Shown piece by piece: positions 12,170 through 23,392 of a DNA stretch of 64,000 nucleotides (position 1 is the first letter of the stretch; each line of letters starts with the position of its first letter). The notes below the pieces were generated by a model. The model searched no databases, had not been told where the DNA came from, and was given only the letters and a program-made list of their open reading frames with translations. Position numbers and translations under genes: made by a program. This stretch comes from Entomortierella parvispora E1425 (taxonomy: Eukaryota > Fungi > Mortierellomycota): positions 186,001 to 250,000 of the forward strand of contig BQFW01000004.1 of the NCBI GenBank assembly GCA_020891255.1, in the 5' to 3' direction.

Positions 12170-12283
12170 TAACAGATCCAAAAAGGAGGATCCCCCCACG
12201 GTCAGAACGAATCGGCAACCAGGGTCAGCTCTCTCCCAAGCCCCGCATGCAAAATGAGCAAAAGGAAAAAGGGCAAAAGGAAA

Positions 12284-12308
12284 TGCGACCTGTGTGGATT
12301 GAACACAC

Positions 12309-12349
<41 letters not shown>

Positions 12350-12356
12350 AGGTCGC
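12284..12356 (-). tRNA. tRNA-Phe(GAA), intronless
   Basis: Reverse strand reads GCGACCTTAGCTCAGTTGGGAGAGCG-TCAGA CT GAA GA TCTGA-AGGTCGTGTGTTCAATCCACACAGGTCGCA, with T-runs downstream. Confidence 0.96.
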
Positions 12357-12922
12357 AATCTTGGGATGATGATTTGATATAAGTTTAAGGTTGCAGTTCT
12401 TTATAAACCTAAGATGTCTCAGACAATCACGTGACATTCATCAACGATATCACGTGACGATGATCGAGGGTGTCTTTTTTTTCCTTCACATTCGGAAAAA
12501 AAAAGTTGAAGGTACAATTAACAGACAATAAAACCCCGTACCTGCGAGGGGACCCTTTGACAAGAAAAAAAAAAAAAAGTTGAGGGTACTTTCGAAAGTC
12601 CCACAAAAAGATTGGTTAAAACGTGATGGAGCTGTTAGTAAGAAGGTCTGAAGAAAATAGAGAATAAACGATAATCGTTTGTCTATAAGGGGAAGGATCG
12701 TGCCTGCGAACGCGTTCATACACCACGAAGGTTGAAGAACAAGGTTCCGATGAATTATCGGCAGCAAAAAGCGCGTTGACAGGTCACCATGTACAATGAA
12801 ACTCTCGCCAGGCGGAACAGTGGAGTTGTGAGTTATTGTTTTCGTTCATGCACTCAGTCAGTCGATATTTGAGTTGGGCATCCCAAAGGCCATGTGGGTA
12901 CACTTTTAATAGAAAAATATGT

Positions 12923-15376
12923 TCAAGGGTTCTCTTGTGTTTCAATTGGACTCAAATCCAACAAGTTGGTCACAGGTACCTCGCCATCGTCCACTCCCTC
13001 CTGTTCATGATCCCTCTCCGAAGCAGGTTCTTCTAAGGCTCTCTCCGGATTAGGAGGTAATGTCTGACCACCCACATCCGAGGCGGATGAAATTTCTGGA
13101 AAGCAGGAACCAGTATGTAAAAAATAAATGTCAAAATCCCACTTTTCAATCACATCAAAAAAAAAAAAAAAAAAGTAGTCCAAGCTTACCTAGTAGAGTG
13201 TCAATGCTTGGACTCAGCCGCCCATCGTTTGCCTGCAAGATGACATCGCAAACTTCTCGCTCACAAGAAGGGAACATATCCGTTAGGGTCTCGAGAGCCT
13301 TGAGGTACTCTTCCATTGACTGCTGTTGCGGTACTGGGGGAAGCGGATGGCCGCCCGATTGTGTCCTTTCCCTGCTGTGCTGCTGTTGCTGCTGTTGCTG
13401 CTGATAATGTTGCTGTTGATGATGGTGGTGCAATTGACCTGGGTATTGTTGCTGCAACTGCCCTTGTTGGTGGAACGTAGGCTGCAATGGCTGCTGTTGA
13501 AACTGTTGTGGGGAAGGCTGGTGAATCTGCTGTCCATGCGGAACATAAACAAATTCTGTAAATGAATCGTCTCTTGCCGGTCCGTCAGGTCTCTGTTGCT
13601 GCTGGATTTGTGTGTTACTGGTGCGTTGCGGCAAAGGAGGAGCAGAGGCTCCTGGTGCAGAGGCCACACGCGGAGGATATGGTTTCGCCATCTCCTCTTC
13701 ATCGCCGCTACTGTCCAAAAAGATCCTCTCGATCAAGTCCAACGGTTTCTGCATCGTCTTTGAGGCAAAATTGGCTCCACGCTCAATCAGGGCTGCTGCA
13801 GGGTTTATAATGGAAGATCCTGTCCCACTGCTGATCGAGGGCGAAGACTTGTACATCAAGTTGGAGGAGGATTCAGGTCCTGACCGACTGCTATGATGTG
13901 GACTTTGCTGTGGTGTTAGCGAAGGCGATTTCTCATCAAAAAGCTGCTGTTGCTGGGATTGAGATTGTTGCTGAGACGAGCGTGCTTGCAGGAACTGTTT
14001 CTCGTCAATTGGTGGACGGTGCCGACTGCTGCTCCTGGTTCCTGATGTTCCTGCCAATAGAGTAGCCAGTTTACTCTCTTGTTTCTTATGTCCTGTTCCA
14101 GGTTCTGGAGATCGAGTGTATCTTATGGATGATGATGTAGCTGCGGCGGCAGCTCTCGAGGCAGCCTCTGCGGCGATAGCATCCGCTTTCTCTTGGCTGA
14201 GCTCTGCCATGGTCTTTTCAATCTGCCTATCGAACTCCTCCGGAGAAACAGAAAGCGAGCTCGCCTCCAAGTTCTCGATAAATGAGATGGCACCCATCAG
14301 CGACGCCAAATAATATCCAGCCTCAGCCTGTAGTTTGTCTGGATTCCTAAACCGTGAAATATACCTTGAAGCAAAACAAGCAAAACAAACCTTCAGTTAG
14401 CCCACAATTTCTTCACTCGTGATCTTGATAGTTTTGTGCCCTGTAAATGATATCTTACTGGACATTGGACACCATGTTCGGAGGATTGGCTCGGAGGACG
14501 ACATAGATGAGGATTGGAAGAAAAGTGTCAGCCCCCTTGGAGTTTCCTTCTGACCGACGAATAAGAGCTAAAAAGAATAATAAGACATTAGACCAACAGT
14601 AAGTAAGGCATCCATTGACATCCCACGATGGCAAAAAAAAGTGAAAAAAGTTTCATACTGAAAATAAATTTGCAGCAATTGAGGATGCAAATCACTTTGT
14701 CGCGTGGCGCCTTGTAACTGTTGATCTTTTTCAGCTCTAGAACAACGACAAAATCAAATTAATACCTCCCTTGCGCAATTGTACCCGTTACAATTTACGA
14801 AAATATAGAGCATGTACCTGCTTGTGCATTGTTCAAATAGGCCTCGTTGTGAGGACTGTCAGGGATGTCCAAATGTGATTCTCGGACCCATCTGAAGATC
14901 CGAACCTTTTGGGTCAAAACCTCATCTCGCTCGGCATCGTCTGTTGTTGAAGGGGAAAAGGTACTACAAGTATACAAGAAATAGAGAAATAACCAGTCAA
15001 TATCTAATTCACAGCATTATTCTTCGACCAATTCATCAACACCAATTCTTACTATGCGAAGAGTCGGTTCATAACCAGCTTTTCCATGCCTTCCTTGACA
15101 TTTTCAAATTCTTGGTCAGTAGTATTCTTCCACAGGTCGCACATCTCCATCTTTCCAGTGATGAACTAGAGAGAGAAGAAAAAAAAGACGAGAAACTATT
15201 GTTAAAGCAAATCTGAGGAGAATTGTCATGTCCAATCTCTTGGAAAACATCCTTACATCCAAAAAGTCGTGAATGATTTTGATCTGTTCGTTCACTGTCC
15301 ATGGTTTCCTGTCAAATTCTTTCAAGAAACTACATTATCCAAAAGAAGATCATAGGTGTCAGTACAGGTACAGTTG

Positions 15377-15415
<39 letters not shown>

Positions 15416-16599
15416 CAAGGCCCAGTCAAAATGAGATACCTCTGAAAGTAACGGGTGATAGGAATGGCACTCCTGTGGCGCATCTGCTCCAAGAACTTGT
15501 GAAAGTCAAAGGGAATCTCTTTTGGTTTGGCTGGCTCTGATCGATTGTTGTTGCCGCTGCTGCCTCCGCCAGAGGCCATACCTCTTTCGACCACTGTCGT
15601 CCTTTCGGGGGAAAGCGCACTCTTCCTTTCGCTCTTCTTCTTGTTTGTTCCTGACAAGGAGGATGAAGATTTCGAAGCCAAGGACGACGACTTTGCCTTC
15701 TCCGCCATAGCGACTTGCACATCATGTGACGTTCGTGGAGAATCTAGCTGTTGAGGTGTTTTGGGGGACGACGACGAGGACAAAGACATGCTTGGCGAAA
15801 GTGTGGCTGTTGCATTCTGGATCGAATCCTCTGCCGTAATCGCCTCCACTGAATTTTTTCCACCCTTTTTCTTGGCATCCTCAACAAGTGGGTCGAATTG
15901 CATGAGAATCTTGGACAACTCCTGCTTGGTCGCTTCCTCTTCCTGCTTGGCTTCTTCCTTGTCCTTGCCATCCTCTGTGGATGAGTCGCTCAAGGGTTCG
16001 CCAGCCATGACCTTGTTGTTGTTGTCCTGCGCATCCAAAATCGTAACGTGCTTCTCGGTCGACGCGGCCCGATTCAGTTTGCTCCTGAAAGCGTCAGAAA
16101 TACAAAGAAGAGAGAGAGAGAGAGAGAGAGAAAAAGAGAGGTAGATCAATCTTAGTCAGCGTTGGAGTAATGGACATGAGAGGGAATAAAAAGACAACGC
16201 GTTCCTGCGCGTGCTCCCTATTGCGGAGAATTTGGGGGCGAGTTGTTTGGTGTGTGGATGCTCTCTCTTTTTTGTCTTTGTTGCGTACCCGATCGTAGTC
16301 ATGGACGATTTACGGCGAGAGAGCCGTGGCGTCTGTGTATCGCCTTCGTTTCCAGAGGGGCTCGCGGCCGTATCAGGAGAGTCGGGCGCAAAGGTAATGG
16401 ATCCAGGTGGCAATACCAACTCGCGGTCAACGTCAGCCGTCTCGGGCGTGTCTTTGTGCTCATGGCTCTTGTCCTGGGTCGAGGATGCAGCTGCATTGGG
16501 CTGTCCACTGGCAGCGTCGACTCTGTCGCCAAGGCTTGTTCCTTGCATGGCCTTTCCTAGTCGCTTCCAGTCTTCGTCTTCGTCGTCGAGCAGAGACAT
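12923..16599 (-). CDS. VPS9: VPS9/Rabex-5 family Rab5 GEF with C-terminal CUE domain, about 9 exons
   Basis: Exons read as FLKEFDRKPWTVNEQIKIIHDFLD, EGMEKLVMNRLF, ELKKINSYKAPRDKVICILNCCK, GADTFLPILIYVVLRANPPNMVSNVQ, YISRFRNPDKLQAEAGYYLASLMGAISFIENL. CUE-like segment LETLTDMFPSCEREVCDVILQANDGRLSPSIDTLL. ATG at 16599. Confidence 0.93.
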
Positions 16600-16937
16600 T
16601 GGATGAGATGTCGGAGTGGAGGAAGGAGAGGGGAGGATGAATGAAAGGAGAGCAGCAGGGTCATGGCTCGAGGGAAAAAGTGGCACGATTTTGGAGCTGA
16701 TCACGTGACGGACAAGGGTTCGGGTTCCTTTGTTCACCTCCACCAGGAACAATTGGAACAAGGTGGACGGCGAAGGCATTGGGCAGGGGAGGAAGAAGGA
16801 AAGGAGCGAAACAAAGTGAGGGTTTTTATATACAGTACAATAGGCTAGTGCTCTAGACCTTATACTAATCTATGGTGAGTTTTTGTTGTTGGTGTTTGTT
16901 GGTGTTTTTTCTTTTTTTCTTTTTTTTTGTTTTCATC

Positions 16938-19856
16938 TTACAATGAAAGAGGAGAGGGTGTTAAACAAGCCGACGAGGAGGCGCTCTGCCCAGAAGAAGT
17001 AGAAGAGGAGGTAGTAGGGGTGGTAGTGGTGGGGAGACAGATATCTTCAGATGCAGGCATGACAATGAACCGACTGCATCTTGTCGGACTCGACACCGTC
17101 ACGGGTATCGTCCTCTCGACGGTAAACATGCGACCCGTCGCACTCTTCTTCACCACTACATCGCTCACAGACTCTGTCACCATACCCGACTGACTGCCCT
17201 CCCGTGCCAAGGCGGGTGATCGTGTCAAGGGAAGAGAGGACGATGACGAAGAACGAGCAGAAGGAGGACACAATCCTTCCTTGGGGCAACGACCATTGTC
17301 GCTCAAGTTGCTGCTGTCACAATGAGGATCCGCACACACACCAGGAGCTGTCAAGCTGCTAGAGTATCCTCCACGGGGGTTCCGAGAGAAAGGATCTGTC
17401 CAAGAGCCTCTATGTGCTGACCCAGGCACGCGTCTAGGCGGGAGCGAAGATGACGGAGACGAGGCCGAATGGGTAGACTCGATATGGGTCGCAGAGAGGG
17501 ACCGTTGACGGAAGTAAGCAGGCGAATGATGGGCATGGTGGTGCTGGTGGTGCTGGTGATGGCACATTCCAGAACTACTTCCGACACTGCTGCTGGTGCT
17601 AGATACACTGCTGCAGCTGAATCGAGGTCCGTACGACGAGATCATAGAGTCAGTCATGTCTCCACCTTCCATGTCCAAGGAGGGATACACGCGGTTCATA
17701 GTCTGGTGCTGAGTCAACAGGGCACCATGACTTCCAGATCCATGGCGACGATCACATGAGGATTCCTTGGTGTCCAATGGATGAACGGTAGGTGACTCAA
17801 GATGAAAGACTGGGCTATCATTGCGCGATCTTGACGATCCATACGCGTTCATCTCCTCATCCTCCTCATTTTCGTCTTCGCCGTCTAGCTCGGAAAATAT
17901 TCGGCCATCCGCAGCAAGAGAATCCGTCCCATCCTTCTTTTTATCCCCTTCAATGATTTGGATCGAGAGTTGTCGAAAGTTATTTCGGGCAGGGGTCGTG
18001 GGGACGCGAGGATGACCAAAAGGGGGTAAGGATGATCCACTACTGGCCATGGCCAACGAATTCCCTGGTCCCCCTCCCACGACACCAACTTGACCATTGC
18101 CATTGTTACTACCTCCTATCTTTGGAGAGATGGAAGAGAACGACGCAAACTGGAATAAAGACGTGGATGTAGGGGGTGGGATGATCACTTGGGATCGCTT
18201 CGTAGACGACGACGTCGTGGAATGGATCGAGGAGCTGGAATGTGTCCGTTGATGGATGGGCTTTCTGGATGCAGGGATCACGATCGGGTTAGGATCCTGA
18301 TCACTAGATGATGAAGCCATTTCTGATAGCATGGAGGATGGCAGCTCAGGCCCCGTCGCGTATTTCCGTCTCACCTGTGATGGTGATGGAGACAAAGAAG
18401 GAGAAGGGGGAAGAGAGACTGTGGGTGTACATGAGACAGAGGAAGAGCGGATCGCGGACATGGACGGAGAATTAGGCCGCAGATTCGATGCCGGGGCCGT
18501 GGTGGGCGAGGCCGGTGACAGAGAAATAGAAGGTTTTGTAGACGTAGACGAGAGTGCAGGGTGGGAGGGAGGGGGCGGGGTGGCTCGACCAGAATTGAAG
18601 GAGGAACCAGGACCCTGGGTGTACTGTGTGGCCGAGATGGAAGAAGAAGTGCTGAGCGTCCTAGTCCTCGCACACGCGCCTGCAGAGGGAGAGGCAGACT
18701 CGATCGTGAACCGTCCCCGAGTCGTCGTCAAGGTTGCTGTGGAGGGCGTGGACAAGGATGGGCGCGTTGCACTTGCGGGCTCTGCTGGTGTAGAGACGTT
18801 CGCGTTGTCATCAACATCGTCATCAACCTGGTCAGGGTCCGCAGCAGCTTTAGGTACAGCAGAGTCCAACGGGCTAATGGCGTCGGTCGTGCTGCTCTTG
18901 AGAGACTCCTTTTCTGGGGCGATGGAGGACAGGAGCTCGGCAGAGGAAAGGGTCCTAGGCTTGTTCTTCTGGAAGGCATCTCTGGCATCGTCGCCGAGGG
19001 CGAGCTCACAGACAGAGCCCCTTCGCGAGAGCGCTTTGTTGCTGACACTGTTGCTGTTGTTACTGCTGTCCTTGGTTGTCCTATTCCTGTATTTTCGGTT
19101 CTCCTCATTATTGCTGCTCCTCTCCCGCGCACTCCTCAGTCCGAGTCCTGGAAATGCCGGCTGCGGTCGTGGATATAGGTCCTCGTCCTGCCAAGTGACC
19201 CTGGGCAACGTCGCGTAATGAGATGCTGTCGATCGCTCTGTGCGCGTCAGCTTTTGGAGAACACTCTCCAGCCAGGCCGAGGGCAGAATCGAGGGAGGGG
19301 CTCCTTCGTCTTCCTCATCTGCCGCATGCTCCATCACATTGCGCGATGATCTCAGTGATGCAATCGGCACAGCAGCTGTCTTTGCTGCAGAGTTTGGTTG
19401 GCGGGAAGTCGACGAAGCCTGAGCGCGAGGCTGAGAGAGAGAGAATCCTTGCACTGGTGTTGATTTTGGCAGGGAGAGAGTCCAAGCAGAGGGCAAAATT
19501 GAGCGCCGTTGCTGCTCTTTGGGTCGGAAGGTCTGTTGCGACAGCGCCACATCGTTGGAGGCTAGCTTGCTGTCATGGTCATTGGCGCTGGCACGTCCTG
19601 GTTTGTGAGCGGCCAAAAGCTGGCTAAGGATAGACTGACCTGATCTTGATCGTAGGGAGAGGGACGAGCCGATGGGAAGCGAAAGTGTACTGTCTGTCAA
19701 TTGTTGCAAACCAGGTGTTTTGAGGGATAGGACAGGTGTCGTGGGTGCGAGCGCGGGCGAGGTCGAAGGCGTGGGATAGGGATAGGTGGAATCATTCAAG
19801 GTTTCTGCTACTGGCGATGTTGTTGTTGTTGTTGTTGTTGATTTGGAGCGTGGCAT
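16938..19856 (-). CDS. 972-aa intrinsically disordered Ser/Thr/Pro-rich protein of unknown function, single exon
   Basis: Uninterrupted 2.9-kb ORF starting gccATG; low-complexity S/T/P runs; no globular domain recognised. Confidence 0.8.
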   Translation of the reverse strand: MPRSKSTTTTTTTSPVAETLNDSTYPYPTPSTSPALAPTTPVLSLKTPGLQQLTDSTLSLPIGSSLSLRSRSGQSILSQLLAAHKPGRASANDHDSKLASNDVALSQQTFRPKEQQRRSILPSAWTLSLPKSTPVQGFSLSQPRAQASSTSRQPNSAAKTAAVPIASLRSSRNVMEHAADEEDEGAPPSILPSAWLESVLQKLTRTERSTASHYATLPRVTWQDEDLYPRPQPAFPGLGLRSARERSSNNEENRKYRNRTTKDSSNNSNSVSNKALSRRGSVCELALGDDARDAFQKNKPRTLSSAELLSSIAPEKESLKSSTTDAISPLDSAVPKAAADPDQVDDDVDDNANVSTPAEPASATRPSLSTPSTATLTTTRGRFTIESASPSAGACARTRTLSTSSSISATQYTQGPGSSFNSGRATPPPPSHPALSSTSTKPSISLSPASPTTAPASNLRPNSPSMSAIRSSSVSCTPTVSLPPSPSLSPSPSQVRRKYATGPELPSSMLSEMASSSSDQDPNPIVIPASRKPIHQRTHSSSSIHSTTSSSTKRSQVIIPPPTSTSLFQFASFSSISPKIGGSNNGNGQVGVVGGGPGNSLAMASSGSSLPPFGHPRVPTTPARNNFRQLSIQIIEGDKKKDGTDSLAADGRIFSELDGEDENEEDEEMNAYGSSRSRNDSPVFHLESPTVHPLDTKESSCDRRHGSGSHGALLTQHQTMNRVYPSLDMEGGDMTDSMISSYGPRFSCSSVSSTSSSVGSSSGMCHHQHHQHHHAHHSPAYFRQRSLSATHIESTHSASSPSSSLPPRRVPGSAHRGSWTDPFSRNPRGGYSSSLTAPGVCADPHCDSSNLSDNGRCPKEGLCPPSARSSSSSSLPLTRSPALAREGSQSGMVTESVSDVVVKKSATGRMFTVERTIPVTVSSPTRCSRFIVMPASEDICLPTTTTPTTSSSTSSGQSASSSACLTPSPLSL

Positions 19857-22340
19857 GGCGTGGCGAAGGTCAGGGGTGGAGAAACGAGACCAAAAACCAT
19901 TAATCCTTCTTTTGGTTCAGTTTCTGGGTACTTGGTCGCTGTCGGGAAAGGGCGGAGGGTACAGAAAGAATAGAAAAAGGAAAAGGATGGGAAGGTGGAT
20001 GGTGTTGGTATACTACGACGGCGGTGGTATCAATGGTGACAGGATGATGGTTCTTGGGTCCTGGGTGAAGGCGTGGGCGTTCTCCGTTGTTCTTGATGCC
20101 TTTTTGAGGAGAGAAGGAGGAAGTGGAGGAAGACGGGAAGGAGGATCGCTTTCGGTATCTCTGTTCTTTTTTATTCACTCCTGGAGGCAATTCGCTGATG
20201 TGGAGTGATGGCAGTTGCAACAAGAAGGGTCCTTGGAGAGTTGCAGGCTGAGGTGCTTCAGGGAGAGAGCAAGCACAGGAGGCACAATTGATCGCGGTTG
20301 GAGAGGTGATGACTGAATAGAGGCGCCCATAAAGAATCGAGTTTTATCTGCTGGAAGGATGACTGTGGAGAAAAGGAAAGGGACGTATCGTGTTTGTTCG
20401 GCAGACTCTAGATGATGAGGATACGGAAAGGGGGGAGAATGCTGGAGAGTGCGACCTGGAAAGATAGTGGCGAGAGAGAGAGAGAGAGAGAGAGGCAGAG
20501 AAGAACGAGGGTGAATAGGAGATTAATGGATGTTGAGAGATGAATGTGGAGACAGAGGATTCTGAGAGTGTGCAACGGTTTGCGAACAGAAGTGAAGGGG
20601 TGGAGGGTTCAAGCAGAGAGAGGAAACGCAGGGGGTGGAGGAGGATGATGAGAAAGTGGTTTACCTTTGTGAATGTCTGTGTAATTGACGACAGACAAAG
20701 AACGAGAGAGGATGGACAAGATAACGAGAGCGAAAGAGATAGAGAGAGAATTGAAGGAAGAAAGAAAGAGTGTCAAGAGAAAAGAAAAGGAAGTGGAGGA
20801 GGGGAGAGGGGAGCAATGCGACAAGTGCACCAGTGAAGGAAGGGGGGTGACAGCAAACGAAGCGGAAAATGACCCAAAAGTTGGTTGGGTGGGATGGTTG
20901 GAAAGGGATGCATTGAAGAAACAAACACCCCTGGAGACAACCGTGAGCATGCCGTCTTTGCTCCAAGCCCCAATGCCCATGCACGTTTCGTCGCTGCTCT
21001 CGCGGTCTCCTGTTCTTGTGTCCTCTGTGCAACAACAAACAATCAAACATCCCTTGCTAACCTTCGCTGTCCTTTGCAACCTTGCTTTTTTGCCCTGCCC
21101 TGACGCAGATGATGCGATGAGCAGTCAGCGGAAAAAGATTGACAGGTTGGCAAAGGGTGCAGAACTTGGGGGGAATGCATGTTTGCCACGCCGTCGCACA
21201 CGCTCACTTGCAAACATAAAATAAAAAAGAGGTGGAACGGCACAAGCCTATTCGTCAATCTCGATTCTTTTTCTTTCTTTTTTGTTCCCTGCTGCAAATC
21301 TCCTTGGGTCGTGTCTTACCATGGCCATTTTTCTGGTGCCAGAGCAAAAAAGCATGCATCATATTGCTAGAACCGCCAACAATTGTTCGCTCTCTCTGTT
21401 TGGACACATGATGTCCAGAATCCGCATAAACGACTGAGGACCTACAAGCAACACTGGACCCTTTGAACAATCATCCCCTTTCAATTCAATGAACATCGAT
21501 ATCGTATCATTCCATACCATTCTCGCACCAAGCAAACAGATGCCAGCTGCACACTCTTTTCATATGGCGAGTCATCCCCCTCTCTTCAACCCCCTTTGTC
21601 GACACCTCGGAAATAAAAAATAAAAAATTCTCCTCTGACCATGGCAAATGCATGACAAAGAGTCAAGAGTCATGGAGCTCGTTAGTACGACCACAAGGCT
21701 ATGCCGCTGCCCAGAATGACGATGACGACGGTTTTGGGTTGTCAGCCTGTCCCATGGTGGAACCCAAAAAAAAAAAAAAAAAAAAAAAAGGTAGATCCCC
21801 ACCCCACGCGGATGACGAACTTTGTCTGCTGGCCAAGAGAGGGTAGATCTTCTTCCCGCGCCGAACGAGATGATTAGCGCTTTTTCTTGTAATGTGCGAT
21901 AAAGAGAGAGAACAAGTATTCAAACGACCCTGCTGACAATGGTTCATATAGCACGATGGTCATCTTTTTTCATCTCTGCATCCCCAATCTGGCCCTTCTG
22001 CTCTTTCCACTGATCAGCTCATCCTGCATTGGAGAAGATCGGCCCCTCTCTTTCCTTATTATTTTTAGCTGCAAGGGAAGAGCCGTTCCAATTTCTTTAA
22101 TGCTGTGCACCATTGCAATGTGAGCACACGGTGCCCCATGGCGTGGAGAGTGTCTAATGTCTAGCGAGTGTCCAGTGAGTATCAAATGAGCAGTGGCCAT
22201 TATATATGCCATCGGGAACAGACGAAGTAGACGCAATAGAGCCAGTTAGTTGTTCCAAGATTACGACTGAACAGAGCAGGAGCGAAGAGGCGTCGTGGGG
22301 AAAGAGCGAGCGCGAAAACAAGAGAGTAAGAAAGAGAGAA

Positions 22341-22375
<35 letters not shown>

Positions 22376-23392
22376 GAGATGGTGAGGTGTCTTGCTGTAA
22401 AAACACGCGTTTCCAGGAAGGCCTCATGCAAGAGAAAGATCCCATGGCAACATCGAGCTGCCATTGGGTGGTTTCTCCCTGTTTCGTGACCAGCTGGTTG
22501 TCGCGCGCCAAGGCTTGTTCCTTCTTGCCTTCTTGCCTTCCTCTCCACAAGTACGTGATGTACATGTACGTAAAGAGGGGACAGAGGATACACAAAAGCG
22601 ACCCCTTCATATGATGATGCTCTCATTACCCCCGAGGGGGGACGGCTTCCCCCGGATTCTTCCTCTTTAAGAAGAGGCGACGGAAGGGGGTGAGAGGCCA
22701 TTGGTCAGGACGGGATGGTGCAATGGAGGGTGTCCGTGTGTCAACTTTAAGAAGACAATGGACGGGCTTGATCGGCTTTAGGTGATCAGCAACAGCAGGG
22801 AGAGATGACAACAACAACAAGAACAAAAAAAAAAACTCCTTGAGTCAGCCCGATCTTTCTCCACGCAAGTTAGATCCACACGTGAAGACCGTTGGGATGT
22901 TGCTCGCCTGCACACAGAACATCAAACCTAAAACTCGAAGGGAACGCGTTCCAATGCTTTCTTGCCCTTCCTTTTCATCTTGAGGACCCGTCTTTTTGTC
23001 TCTCTGTCTTTTTGTCTGTCGGCATTGCACCCAAAGGCGCGTCCGGTTGTGACCTTCTGGGTCAATAGAAAATAGACAAAACGAAATAAAGGTGATCTGC
23101 TTCCAGGGCGAGCCCGGATCGTTTTTGCGCGCCAGATGTATCTCATTCGTGGAGACTGGAAATGGCCCGGCTGTCGTTGCATGATGAGACACACACACAC
23201 ACGCGTGCCCTTTCCTCCTTCTGTCTCTGCCTGATAAAGGCCAGGACCTTTTCGTTTTTTTTTTCCTTTTTCTTCTTCTTCTTCCTCTTCTTCAAAAATA
23301 TCCATCCCCATCCACTCCAGTCTCAGAAAACTCCCTCCCACCCTTCTAATCTTCCCACAACACAAACACCACAACACCCACCGACAGACCCA

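Noticed and set aside
20200-21100. Many 60-180 aa ORFs in AG/CT- and CA-rich intergenic tracts (also 27-29 kb, 38.9-41 kb, 52.3-54 kb, 61.7-63 kb)
   Set aside because: They arise from stop-poor purine/pyrimidine microsatellite DNA and translate to RE/SL/HT-type repeats.
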